From the IMG/VR virus record IMGVR_UViG_3300049235_000005, positions 1 through 62,499 of that record: a stretch of 62,499 nucleotides of DNA. One strand, given 5' to 3'. Source of the DNA: a virus. Lineage: Duplodnaviria; Caudoviricetes. The notes under the pieces were generated by a model that was not told the origin of the DNA, did not search any database, and saw only the letters and a program-made list of their open reading frames with translations. The position numbers and the translations under genes are program-made. The number at the start of each line of letters is the position of its first letter. The first letter of the stretch is position 1. Below, one piece after another: positions 37,953 to 47,661 of this stretch.

Positions 37953-40082
37953 ATGAGCAAACTCTCAATCTGTATCCCCTCCCGCAACGAACCCTACCTG
38001 AACCGTACCATCGAGGACATCTTCGCCAACGCGCGCGGAGAAGTCGAAGTGGTAGTTGCGCTCGACGGTTACTGGCCCGAGGGCTGGAAGGAGCTAACCG
38101 CTAAATACCCCAACCTCCACTCGGTCCACTCCGGCGAGCCCATCGGCATGCGCGGTGGGATTAACCGCGCAGTAGCCTCCGCCGCCAGTCGTGGCGCAAA
38201 GTACATCGCCAAGTTCGACGCCCACTGCTCCTTCGGTGAAGGGTTCGACGAGATTCTCAAAGCCGACCTCGCACCCGACTGGATCGTCGTGCCACGCCGC
38301 AAGCGCCTCAACCCCGAGACGTGGACACTGACCGATACCAATAAACCCGACGTTGACTACCATTATCTCAGCTTCCCCGACGACCCGAGCGACTTCGGTG
38401 GTAAGGGACTGAACGGCAAGATCTGGCCGGGGCGTGCAATTACCCGTGCGGAGCACGAGATCGACGAGGAAATGTCATCACAGGGTTCCGGCTGGGCCAT
38501 GCACACGGACTATTTCTACCGGCTTGAGCTAATGGACGAGGCCAACTACGGGAAGTTCTGGAATGAGTTTCAGGAACTCGGGCTCAAGTGCTGGCTCTCC
38601 GGTGGGCGCGTCATGGTCAACAAGAAAACATGGTACTCCCACTGGCATAAAGGGAAATCAGGACGCGGCTACAAACTCCCCGAATCATGGCTCCAGCAAG
38701 GGGCGACCTTCACCCGTAACTGGATCTACAACGACGCATGGGCCAAACAAACCCTCCCCTTTAGCTGGCTCATCGAGCGCTTCTGGCCCGTGCCAAGCTG
38801 GCCGGAGAACTGGCAGGAGGTGTTGTATGCGGAGAGAAAGCCGAGGACGATAGTAGCAGTGACAGGTGCAACGCTTCAGGACATTGATGATCCCGATCAG
38901 GCCAAGCGAGATGAGGAGTTTCCGCCCTTGTTGTTAGGCAAGCCACTCGAAGCCGCCGCAAGCAGCGTGAAGGCGGATGATTATGCGCCAATGGATGGGC
39001 TGGTAATCCAGCACGCTTACTACGGCGTCAAGGACACCTCTGAACATATCGACGTAAGCGAACGTCTCACATCGATGGTAGTTAACGACTCTCTGGACAT
39101 CGTGGTAAACAACTCTACGCTCGTCCCCGGCCAGAATCCGTATCGTGGCAAGAAGAAGACGTTGACGGTTTTCTATTACTACGGCGATGGGCCACTTCAG
39201 ACTATCGAGAGAGATGAGAAGGAATGGTTGATTATTGGAGAAGCGCAGAGAACGGCTAAGCCGGATTTGAAGATTGTGTTCGATAACCCGATGAGCACGC
39301 AGGTTGAGGACTATATCAAAAACACGTCGGTGGAAGTTGGCGGCAAGCGATTCACGCCGTTTGAAGTAGTCCCCGCTCCCGTGAAATCCTATATAGAAAC
39401 TGTCATGGAAGATAAGCCAACCCTGTACGTCCCTGACGGAGTTAACACGCTGGTACCAACCACTCCCGCCGCCCTCAACGACTACCTCATCCGCAAGTTC
39501 TCCATCAGCCCGCAACGCCTCCGTGGGCCAATGCCGATTGAACTGCGGGACTTCCATCGTAACGATCTAGCGCAAATGTTTGCTGAGTTGGGGTTCAAGC
39601 GCGGCGCGGAGATTGGCGTGGCGGAGGGTCGCTACTCCGAGGTGCTGCTCAAGGCCAACCCCGACTGCGAACTACTCCTCGTTGACCCGTGGCACCGTTA
39701 TAGCGATAACCCGCAGGGAAAGTCAGCGGAAAAACACGAGTACGCGTATCAAGAGATGCTGAGGAAGACAAAGGGCTATCACGTGCGGATCGTAAAAGAC
39801 TACTCAATGCACGCGGTGAGAGACGTGCCGCTTCAATTTCTGGACTGGGTTTATATCGACGCTCAGCATCAGTTCGACTACGTGGTTTCCGATCTGGTCG
39901 AATGGTCCAAGCGGGTGCGAAGTGGCGGGATAGTATCAGGGGATGACTACTATCAGCTAAGCGACAGGTGGGGAGCCGGACCAGTGGAGGCGGTACAGGC
40001 GTATACTAACGCTCATAAGATTTCGACGTGGTTTATTTGCGGGGCTCACAAATCGGTGGATTATTTCTGGGTCAAGCCGTGA
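37953..40082 (+). CDS. GT-A glycosyltransferase (ppGalNAc-T-like) + SUEL-like lectin domain + class I SAM methyltransferase
   Basis: SICIPSRNE, KFDAHC, ELGLKCWLSGG, YSHWHK; IQHAYYG..DVS..L...NPYRGKKKTLTVFY; GAEIGVAEG, LVDPW, VYIDAQH, GIVSGDDY. Confidence 0.88.
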   Translation: MSKLSICIPSRNEPYLNRTIEDIFANARGEVEVVVALDGYWPEGWKELTAKYPNLHSVHSGEPIGMRGGINRAVASAASRGAKYIAKFDAHCSFGEGFDEILKADLAPDWIVVPRRKRLNPETWTLTDTNKPDVDYHYLSFPDDPSDFGGKGLNGKIWPGRAITRAEHEIDEEMSSQGSGWAMHTDYFYRLELMDEANYGKFWNEFQELGLKCWLSGGRVMVNKKTWYSHWHKGKSGRGYKLPESWLQQGATFTRNWIYNDAWAKQTLPFSWLIERFWPVPSWPENWQEVLYAERKPRTIVAVTGATLQDIDDPDQAKRDEEFPPLLLGKPLEAAASSVKADDYAPMDGLVIQHAYYGVKDTSEHIDVSERLTSMVVNDSLDIVVNNSTLVPGQNPYRGKKKTLTVFYYYGDGPLQTIERDEKEWLIIGEAQRTAKPDLKIVFDNPMSTQVEDYIKNTSVEVGGKRFTPFEVVPAPVKSYIETVMEDKPTLYVPDGVNTLVPTTPAALNDYLIRKFSISPQRLRGPMPIELRDFHRNDLAQMFAELGFKRGAEIGVAEGRYSEVLLKANPDCELLLVDPWHRYSDNPQGKSAEKHEYAYQEMLRKTKGYHVRIVKDYSMHAVRDVPLQFLDWVYIDAQHQFDYVVSDLVEWSKRVRSGGIVSGDDYYQLSDRWGAGPVEAVQAYTNAHKISTWFICGAHKSVDYFWVKP

Positions 40083-40292
40083 ACGACGATGAGGTGATCA
40101 CCGACGTTCGGCTGTTTCACTGTATTGAGCAGTCGAAACTTGTCCTAACTCTCTGCATAGAAAAGCGACAAGGGGATATACGGCTGTACCACGCAGACTT
40201 TTCGCTTACGCTCTTGGAGGCGATGGTCTTGAAGGCTAGTATAGATCAAGCTGAACTAGACAAGCGGTAAATTATGCTACAATCCCCACCCG

Positions 40293-42038
40293 ATGGCATC
40301 CCCCGCGTTCGATCTCTCGTTCATTATCCCCGCGCGCAATGAGTTCTTCCACGATCTCGATCTGCTCCACCACACTGTCAATAACGTCTTAGCGAACACC
40401 TCCGACCGCTCCCAGATCATCGTCATCCTCGACGGTTACGACTCCGGCTGGCCCCCGACGCCCTTACCAATCAACCCGCGCGTCACGGTCCTGCATCACG
40501 CCAAGTCCATCGGCCAACGTGCCGCGTGCAACGAAGGCGTGCGCGTGTCTAGCGCTAAGTGGATCTGTAAGCTGGACGCCCATTGCGCCGTTGGCCCACG
40601 GTTCGACGAACTGATGACGGCCCAGTGCGATTATCTGACCACGTTGATACCCGTCCAGTACAACCTCCACGCCTTCTCGTGGTGCTGCAAGCAGTGCAAG
40701 CACGAAACCTATCAAGGGCCAAAACCTGCGAAGTGCGCCAAGTGTGGCAGTCGCTACAGCAAGATTGCCATCAAGTGGCAACCGCGTGGCTGGAAGGAGC
40801 GGGACGGGGTCTGGGAGGGCAGGCCGAAGACGACGGCGTGGCGCTTCGATTCAGCTCTGCATTTCCAGTACTGGGGCGAACTTGGCAAGCGCTACCCGCC
40901 CGGCCAGCAACTAACCCCGACTCTCTCCTGTCTCGGCGCGTGCTGGATGCTGCAACGGGAAAGGTACTGGGAACTGGAAGGGATGGACGAGCAGCACGGT
41001 AGCTGGGGTCAGCAGGGGACTGAGTTAGCCTGCAAGTCGTGGCTTAGTGGCGGGCAGATGCTGGTTAACCACGATACCTGGTTTGCGCACTTGTTCCGCA
41101 CGCAGCAGGGGTTTGGGTTTCCCTATGCCAACCCCGGTATCGAGAAGGCCCGTGCGCGCAGTAAGGAGATATGGTTGAACGGCAAGTGGCCCAAAGCCAA
41201 GTATCCGCTGAAGTGGCTGATTGACAAGTTTGCCCCAGTGCCTGACTGGTCCAATACGAAACCGAAGGGCGCGGCGATTTACTACACATGCGGTTCGCAT
41301 GATCAAACGCTAGAACTCGCCGCTCGCAACAATCTGCGCCACTCCACCAACGGCCACGAACTCGGCTGTGTCGCGCTCCAGCGTACCGACTTTGGTGACT
41401 GGACAGTGGTGCTCAACAGGGAGAAGTCTGGGGCGACGATGCACTACCAGATTGTCGCTGGACTGGAGCGGTCTACCGCCGACTACGTGTTTCTGTGTGA
41501 GAGTGACGTGATGTATCACCCGTCACATTTTGAGTTCGTTCCACCTGACGACAACACTATCTACTACAACACCAACGTGTGGCGAGTGCGTTACGGCGAC
41601 GGTCACGCGGTTCGTACCGCCAACCTCCAACAGGTCTCCGGTATCTGCGCCAACCGTGAACTGCTACTAGCCCACTACCGCAAACGAATCGCGTTCATCG
41701 AAGCCCACGGCGGCATCTTCGACACTCGCCGCATGGCCTACGAACCCGGTACGCGCGGCAAGTTTGGCGACGAGCAAATCGACAACTGGCAGTCGGCTTA
41801 TCCGAACCTCGATATCACCGGGCATGGGCAGACGTTGACGACCCCGCACTTTTCCGTTGACAGTTTTCGTAATAAGAAACATGCTGAAGGCTGGCAGGAG
41901 ACTGACGAGGCTCTGCCGGGATGGCCCAAAGTGGCAGGGCGAGTAAAGGAATGGTTGCACGGGCTTGCTACAGGAAGTGCTAATGAAGATGAGCGACCAC
42001 GACTATCGGCGGTTGGTCAAGGAACTGAAAGACCCTGA
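40293..42038 (+). CDS. GT-A glycosyltransferase (ppGalNAc-T-like) with Zn-ribbon insert and a second GT-like domain
   Basis: SFIIPARNE, KLDAHC, CKQC..CAKC, WGQQGTELACKSWLSGG, FAHLFR; C-terminal YVFLCESDVMY. Confidence 0.88.
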   Translation: MASPAFDLSFIIPARNEFFHDLDLLHHTVNNVLANTSDRSQIIVILDGYDSGWPPTPLPINPRVTVLHHAKSIGQRAACNEGVRVSSAKWICKLDAHCAVGPRFDELMTAQCDYLTTLIPVQYNLHAFSWCCKQCKHETYQGPKPAKCAKCGSRYSKIAIKWQPRGWKERDGVWEGRPKTTAWRFDSALHFQYWGELGKRYPPGQQLTPTLSCLGACWMLQRERYWELEGMDEQHGSWGQQGTELACKSWLSGGQMLVNHDTWFAHLFRTQQGFGFPYANPGIEKARARSKEIWLNGKWPKAKYPLKWLIDKFAPVPDWSNTKPKGAAIYYTCGSHDQTLELAARNNLRHSTNGHELGCVALQRTDFGDWTVVLNREKSGATMHYQIVAGLERSTADYVFLCESDVMYHPSHFEFVPPDDNTIYYNTNVWRVRYGDGHAVRTANLQQVSGICANRELLLAHYRKRIAFIEAHGGIFDTRRMAYEPGTRGKFGDEQIDNWQSAYPNLDITGHGQTLTTPHFSVDSFRNKKHAEGWQETDEALPGWPKVAGRVKEWLHGLATGSANEDERPRLSAVGQGTERP

Positions 42039-42106
42039 ACTAATCGCTGAAGTTTTGAAGTGGGTCGAGCAGGACTGGCCGGAAGCTCACCGAGACGCAG
42101 AATCCA

Positions 42107-42499
42107 ATGGCTAACGAATGTCTCGCACAGTTTAACGAGCGCTCCACCGTAACCGTCACGGCTACCTTCATTGACGAGTCCGGTACCGAAGTTGAGCCCG
42201 ACGCTGCTACTTATCGCATTGACGATGAAGCTTCCCGTACCAGTATCCAACCCGCTACCACCATCAGCCCGCTTGGCGAATCAGTTGACCTCGTCATCAC
42301 CAGCGACCAGAACTTCATCGTCAAGTCACGCAACCAGTCGGAGATTCGCACGGTGACAGTGGAATGGGATTATACGTCGGACAATGGCCCGGCCCACGGC
42401 ACGGCGCAGTATCGGTACAAGCTGGTTAATCTGTATGGCGTGGTGGATGTGGCCAGTGCGAGTGTTAGCCCATCAGCGAGTGCATCACCGTCGGCTTGA
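42107..42499 (+). CDS. Ig/BppU-like putative virion protein with C-terminal SP tag
   Basis: Beta-rich TVTVTATFIDESG..EPDAATYRIDD; ends ASASVSPSASASPSA. Confidence 0.7.
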   Translation: MANECLAQFNERSTVTVTATFIDESGTEVEPDAATYRIDDEASRTSIQPATTISPLGESVDLVITSDQNFIVKSRNQSEIRTVTVEWDYTSDNGPAHGTAQYRYKLVNLYGVVDVASASVSPSASASPSA

Positions 42500-42786
42500 T
42501 TATGATCACCTTAACCGAACTTGAAAGACGAGTGATAAGCGCCGCGATTTACGCGGTCTGTGGTTCGGGTAGCATTACAGCTCAGTGCCGTAGTGACGCG
42601 GCGGTGCTAGTGCTGGTTTGGGCGCGAGCTTCGGGTAAGACGCAGTTCGACGCTGACGACATAGACGCTAAAACCGAGCAGGCTTATCGGTACTTTGAGT
42701 TTGGTGATTCATTTGGCGAGCCGGAACCCGAGTGGGCTATCTGGGACGATCCAAGTCCGAGTGCCAGTACCAGTCCGAGTGCATAA
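42496..42786 (+). CDS. Hypothetical protein with C-terminal SP tag
   Basis: Ends PSPSASTSPSA. Confidence 0.65.
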   Translation: MIMITLTELERRVISAAIYAVCGSGSITAQCRSDAAVLVLVWARASGKTQFDADDIDAKTEQAYRYFEFGDSFGEPEPEWAIWDDPSPSASTSPSA

Positions 42787-42798
42787 AAGGAGATAGCA

Positions 42799-43134
42799 AT
42801 GAATCCGTATTCAGGCGATATTGAACGATTTCCACGAGAGTTACTGAACAACATTCCCGTACGCGAGAGTCAGTTCCCGTTTAAGCAACCACCGCCACAG
42901 CAGGAAGTCCCCGAAGGCTGGCTGTCGCTGACAGAAGAAGAGGCTGCCGAGTTTGAGACGCTTCCTAAGCGAATGCGAATTGAGCGCTACATGAAATATC
43001 ACCGTGCCGAGAAATGCGCGGCCTGCGGTGGCTTTGTCGGCAATCACAGCACGAATAAGTTTCTCAAGTGCGCGGCGGGTGAGCTAGCAAGGATCGACTT
43101 ACTCCGATTGGAGAAGGAAGAAGTTACCGCGTAG
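42799..43134 (+). CDS. Hypothetical protein with CxxC-H-C motif
   Basis: AAAAGGAG RBS; CAACG...HS...C. Confidence 0.65.
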   Translation: MNPYSGDIERFPRELLNNIPVRESQFPFKQPPPQQEVPEGWLSLTEEEAAEFETLPKRMRIERYMKYHRAEKCAACGGFVGNHSTNKFLKCAAGELARIDLLRLEKEEVTA

Positions 43135-43137
43135 TCA

Positions 43138-44835
43138 ATGGGCAAACCTTTCCCATCATGGACCTACGATGACGCCGCCAACCGCATTGGCGCACGGTTC
43201 GCCCTCCCGACTGAGGGTACGCGAGACTTTCGCTTACCATCCATTCTCGAAGATCTCATCGGCGTCAGCGATCACCGCCCTGCTACTCGCCGTACGGAGA
43301 CTGCGCTACGCGCGACAATGTTCTATCAGGCAGACCACTGGCAAGGCGGGACTGGGTTCATCGGTCAGTTACCGCCCGCTTCCCTCCCCGGTGCGGAATC
43401 AATGAAGAACGCGATTCGCAAAGCTTTCGTCTCGGAGAACGTGGTCAAAGAGGTAGTGAAAACCCACGTCGGCGGGATACTGGGCCGCGAACCTTCGTGG
43501 TCCTTCATGGTTACAGAAGGCGAGGAATCTCGTAACCAGTTCTCCAAAGAGACAGGTAATACGCTGACTCGCTGGTGGAATGATCGACTCGCGCTCAAGG
43601 ATCTCCAGAAGGCCGCGCGTATCATGGTTTGCGAAGGGACGGTTGTGCGGCGGCTGGTGTTCCCGCGTGGGCGATTAGCAGGCGGGACTAAACCTAATGC
43701 TTCCACTCTACTTGCCGCTCTCGACTTCATCTTCTTCGAGACGGTGTACGCAGATCGCGGCATGGTCTACACCGACCCTGAGACGATGGCGGATGTTGGT
43801 ATCTTCCTGTTTGATGAACTGGATGCGAACGGTGACGTGAAGACCAACTGTGCCGAACTCAGTTATCTCAACGATGACGGAGACACTGTTTGCAAGATTG
43901 TCCGCGACAAAGGCGCGCCAACTGAGTACCCACCCTATCCTCTCGGCGGTCGCCTACTCATCTACGAGATGACCCGAGACGCGCTAATCACCGAACAGAT
44001 CCAGTCGAACCAGCGCGCGGTCAATCTGGCCCATACGCAGATGATCCGCAACGTCAACCTCGCAGGCCATCGCCAGCAGACGATTACCAACGCGGTTCCA
44101 CCGGGGCCAACCAATGAGAAGCCGACGATCACCGAGGATACGACGAAGGTGGACGCGACTCCCGCTACTACTAGCCCTGTGACCAAAAAGTTTCCCGGCA
44201 CGTTCAAAACAGGTGCAGGGGCAGTCAACTTCCTGATGGGTATGCCGATCTACAGCGAAGAGGGCATCGTCGTCGGCTACACCGACCCCGGCATCAACAT
44301 CAGTGATCCAGTGTCGGTTGAAACCTTTGAGCGCACGATTGAGCGCGAGAAGGCGGCTATTTACGCACAGGCCCATCAGCGTCATGTGCTCATCGTTGAC
44401 AAGGCCGACACCAGTGGACGTGCCCGTGAAGTAGCCCGGCGTGAGTACGAGCGCTCGCTGAAGGAGTCGAAGACTGAACTCGACGCCTGTGGTCGCTGGC
44501 AGTTGGAAACAACCTTGCGTCTCGGCGCGTTCATCATCGGCGAATCGTCCCGCTATCTTCCCCTCCGCGCCGACTTCAACACGCTAATTGACGCTGGAGC
44601 ACCTGACCCTGAACAGCAGCAGATGGCCTTGCAGATGCGCCAACCGGGCGGCATGAAGAATCGTCCGTTGATTAGCGATGAGACTGCGCGGGCGCTTAGT
44701 GGCGTGGAGGATAACGCGGCTGAAGAAGCACGGATCGACAAAGAGGCAACGATGCCCGAGGCCGATCTACCCGAGAATCCGCAAGCTGTACCCGGCCAGC
44801 AAACGCCCAAACCTGCCAGCGAATCCGTTAATTAA
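43138..44835 (+). CDS. Portal protein
   Basis: 565 aa; FYQADHWQGG...ENVVKEVVKTHVGGILGREP...SGRARE...ISDETA; precedes scaffold and capsid. Confidence 0.8.
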   Translation: MGKPFPSWTYDDAANRIGARFALPTEGTRDFRLPSILEDLIGVSDHRPATRRTETALRATMFYQADHWQGGTGFIGQLPPASLPGAESMKNAIRKAFVSENVVKEVVKTHVGGILGREPSWSFMVTEGEESRNQFSKETGNTLTRWWNDRLALKDLQKAARIMVCEGTVVRRLVFPRGRLAGGTKPNASTLLAALDFIFFETVYADRGMVYTDPETMADVGIFLFDELDANGDVKTNCAELSYLNDDGDTVCKIVRDKGAPTEYPPYPLGGRLLIYEMTRDALITEQIQSNQRAVNLAHTQMIRNVNLAGHRQQTITNAVPPGPTNEKPTITEDTTKVDATPATTSPVTKKFPGTFKTGAGAVNFLMGMPIYSEEGIVVGYTDPGINISDPVSVETFERTIEREKAAIYAQAHQRHVLIVDKADTSGRAREVARREYERSLKESKTELDACGRWQLETTLRLGAFIIGESSRYLPLRADFNTLIDAGAPDPEQQQMALQMRQPGGMKNRPLISDETARALSGVEDNAAEEARIDKEATMPEADLPENPQAVPGQQTPKPASESVN

Positions 44836-44841
44836 CCACTT

Positions 44842-45048
44842 ATGACCACCCCTATCCCCTGCGACCGTGACGACTGCAAACTACCGTCTGCGCGAGTTCA
44901 AAACGGCGTACTCGTCATCGAATCCCGCCATCACGGCGAAGTCCACCGCTGCACAATATCGCTACACTGGCTAGAGAAACTATTGACTAACTGTGACAAA
45001 CCTGTGTTAGAGTGTGCCGGAACGGTTTCAAGTCTACCTGACCGTTAG
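44842..45048 (+). CDS. Small hypothetical protein
   Basis: 68-aa ORF between portal and scaffold. Confidence 0.5.
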   Translation: MTTPIPCDRDDCKLPSARVQNGVLVIESRHHGEVHRCTISLHWLEKLLTNCDKPVLECAGTVSSLPDR

Positions 45049-45078
45049 TTGACAATCTTCTCGCTGCTTCTCCTGTAA

Positions 45079-45126
45079 GCCCGCTATTGAGTGAGTCTTA
45101 GTACTCCTTCGATGGCGGGCTTTTTT
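45079..45126 (+). terminator. Long hairpin terminator or attenuator upstream of the head genes
   Basis: GCCCGCTATTGA...TCGATGGCGGGC followed by T6. Confidence 0.7.
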
Positions 45127-45158
45127 ACTTTTACGCAACGCAGAAAGCCAGAGGCTCA

Positions 45159-45887
45159 ATGCTGAAAATCTACAACACGCTGGAAGATGTGCCAGAGGCA
45201 GATCGCCAGCATTACGTTAAATCGGACGGGAAGTACGTGCCCCAGCTTTCCGACGACCATCCCGTGCTCGTGCATAACAAGCAGCTGCTTTCCGAGAAAG
45301 CGACCGCAACGGCGCGAGTAAAGGAACTAGAGGCCGACGCGGCGGTTGCTTCCGAGAAGTCGATCCCCCGTGGTCACGTGGCGATAGCGAAGGCCGATGC
45401 CGATCTCCTCGGCAAGTACAAGGAGCACGGCACACCGGACGAAGTGGCAGTCAAAGTGACCGAACACGACACGATGAAGGCCGATCTCGACAAGCGTCAG
45501 CGTGACGACTCGCTACGGCAGGCGTCTAAGGCCCTCGGGTTCAACGGGGAGGCGTTTATCCGACTGCCCAACCTCCCTGAGTTCATCTCAAAACCCGGCA
45601 AGGACGGCAAGACCGTCGAGTGGTTTGCGCAGTTAAAGGACGACAAGGGCGTGATTACCGAGAAGCCTGCGAAAGAGTTTGTCGAGTCGTCCGCCGACAT
45701 TACCCCGTTTTTACCGTCGCTGAAAGCAGCTACGAAACAAGTCGAGCTTCACGGCAGTCAACTCTCAACCGAACCATCATCCGGCGACCCCTTCGAATGG
45801 GCGCGTAACTTTGGCAAGAACTGGAATGAAAGCAGGCCCAGCACCGATGTCAAGGCTGCTTTTGGAATTGGCAACGCGGCGTCATAG
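45159..45887 (+). CDS. Capsid scaffolding protein
   Basis: LEDVPEADRQHYVKSDGKYV N-terminus, coiled coil, position. Confidence 0.75.
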   Translation: MLKIYNTLEDVPEADRQHYVKSDGKYVPQLSDDHPVLVHNKQLLSEKATATARVKELEADAAVASEKSIPRGHVAIAKADADLLGKYKEHGTPDEVAVKVTEHDTMKADLDKRQRDDSLRQASKALGFNGEAFIRLPNLPEFISKPGKDGKTVEWFAQLKDDKGVITEKPAKEFVESSADITPFLPSLKAATKQVELHGSQLSTEPSSGDPFEWARNFGKNWNESRPSTDVKAAFGIGNAAS

Positions 45888-45899
45888 GAGACTGAATCC

Positions 45900-46319
45900 A
45901 TGCCTCTATCGATGAAGAAAACAGTTGGAACCAGCACCTATGGGCCAGTGTTTATTGGCGACGTGCTGGGTATGCAGCAGGTGGTGGTCGATATCAGCGA
46001 GCTAACCACCGCTGAAGTGGACGCCGACGGTTGGCTCAAACCCGGCGTGGCGTTCAAGAAAGACGGCACCGTGGCGGACGGTACGGGCGGTGAGTTTATC
46101 TACGCCGTCAACCCCGAGCCCCAAAACCTCCGTATGGCCGTCATCCCGCCAACCGACGCCACCCTCGCCGCCGACACTCGTCTCTACCCCCTCGGCATGG
46201 GCACGATTGGCGAAGTGAACCGCGACATTGCCGAGGACAACATGGGCCGTGCCTACAACTCCAACGAACTCGCGGCCTTCAACGCTGCCGGATCGATGAT
46301 TCACCTAACCAACACATAA
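45900..46319 (+). CDS. Head decoration protein (lambda gpD-like position)
   Basis: 139 aa; GWLKPGV; immediately before the capsid gene. Confidence 0.65.
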   Translation: MPLSMKKTVGTSTYGPVFIGDVLGMQQVVVDISELTTAEVDADGWLKPGVAFKKDGTVADGTGGEFIYAVNPEPQNLRMAVIPPTDATLAADTRLYPLGMGTIGEVNRDIAEDNMGRAYNSNELAAFNAAGSMIHLTNT

Positions 46320-46333
46320 GGAGCGCTTGAGCG

Positions 46334-47383
46334 ATGAGATCACTAATCCCCGTAGTTGAGGAGCTATCGCCTCCCTCTCTTACTGTGGTGGCACAGACCA
46401 TTTCCGCCAACGACTCCGGTCGCCTGCGCTGGTCCACCTTCTTCCCCCGGCAGGACGTAGACTCGGTTGACCTGCGTGAAGTGACGACAATCGACTTCCG
46501 CCCCACCTCGGATCGACGTGAGTGGAACTCGCGCGGGCGACTCATCCCCGATAAGACCCCACCGACTCGTGAACTCTCGATCATTCCCGTCGAGGGCTAC
46601 TACAAGTGGAACGAGTACGAGATGCAGAAGCTGGCCGAGCGGGCAGCGGCTAACTCAGAAGTCATCGACCAGATCATCGGGCGTTCCATCCCCGGCAAGG
46701 TGGCGCAGATCGTCGAAGCCAACTATCGCCGTATTGAAGTTGATGCTTTCACCGCATGGGCTACCGGCACCAACGTGGCAATGAACCCGCAGACAGGGCA
46801 GACCACGGCGTTCACCTTCGGCTTCCCGGCAGACCGTCTCACCACGGCAGGCACCGCATGGGACGACCCCGGCCAGAATGCCTACGATTTACTGATCTCC
46901 TTTATCGAAGATGCAATTGACAAGATTGGCCCGGTGGTCGGCGTGGTCCTACGTACCGCTCTCCATCGCGCCATCCACGCTGACGCCCCCAACGGCCCAC
47001 TGGGCACAATCATCCCGCGTGGGCGTATCGCCGAGCAGGTCAGCGACGACCTCGGCATTCCCTTCAACTTCTTCCTGTTTGACGACACGCTGGAGGTGTT
47101 TACCGATGGCGGTATCACAACCACCCCGGCAAACGTCTGGCCTGCTGGCTACATTGCCGCAGTGCCATCAGGCGGGGTAGTTGGCCGCACGGCCTTTGCG
47201 CCAGTGAAGCGCGCAATGGAGATGGTGCGGTCGTTGCCAAAAGCTGGCATAGACCAGCGCGGGCAAACAGTCTACTACGACGAGTCGGTGATGGGACGTG
47301 ATTTGACGGTTGAGGTCCAGGTTAACCCACTGACGATCCCGAACGAGCAGAAGCTTCGGGTCGAAAACACACTCGTCACATAG
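46334..47383 (+). CDS. Major capsid protein (lambda gpE-like, HK97 fold)
   Basis: 349 aa; FFPRQDV...RRIEVDAFTAWATG...TAWDD...; position. Confidence 0.8.
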   Translation: MRSLIPVVEELSPPSLTVVAQTISANDSGRLRWSTFFPRQDVDSVDLREVTTIDFRPTSDRREWNSRGRLIPDKTPPTRELSIIPVEGYYKWNEYEMQKLAERAAANSEVIDQIIGRSIPGKVAQIVEANYRRIEVDAFTAWATGTNVAMNPQTGQTTAFTFGFPADRLTTAGTAWDDPGQNAYDLLISFIEDAIDKIGPVVGVVLRTALHRAIHADAPNGPLGTIIPRGRIAEQVSDDLGIPFNFFLFDDTLEVFTDGGITTTPANVWPAGYIAAVPSGGVVGRTAFAPVKRAMEMVRSLPKAGIDQRGQTVYYDESVMGRDLTVEVQVNPLTIPNEQKLRVENTLVT

Positions 47384-47394
47384 GAGTCGAATCG

Positions 47395-47613
47395 ATGGCC
47401 AAGGACAATCGCGAAATAATCCACGGCATCCGCGTGATGGTAGCCCCGAGCGAGGGACGTAGAACGCCGCAGTCGAAAACCCTCGCCTCCGGCATGGAAG
47501 ACGAGCTCGCCAACGCCTTCACGCAGAAGGAGCTGGACGCGATGAAAGAGCGGGGCGACATTACCGGCAACTGGAAGTCCACCAAAGGCAAGTTCACGGC
47601 TAAGGAAACTTAA
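47395..47613 (+). CDS. Small post-capsid protein
   Basis: TAGGAG RBS; 72 aa. Confidence 0.65.
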   Translation: MAKDNREIIHGIRVMVAPSEGRRTPQSKTLASGMEDELANAFTQKELDAMKERGDITGNWKSTKGKFTAKET

Positions 47614-47661
47614 CGAGCTACGCACGGCTAACGCCGGAGATCCCAGTGGTCAGGAGAGCTT

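Noticed and set aside
37953-42038. GTs as DNA glucosyltransferases or O-antigen conversion enzymes
   Set aside because: No hydroxymethylase or TET/JBP partner, no GtrA/B-type membrane proteins or TM segments; motifs and context point to protein acceptors. Not formally excluded
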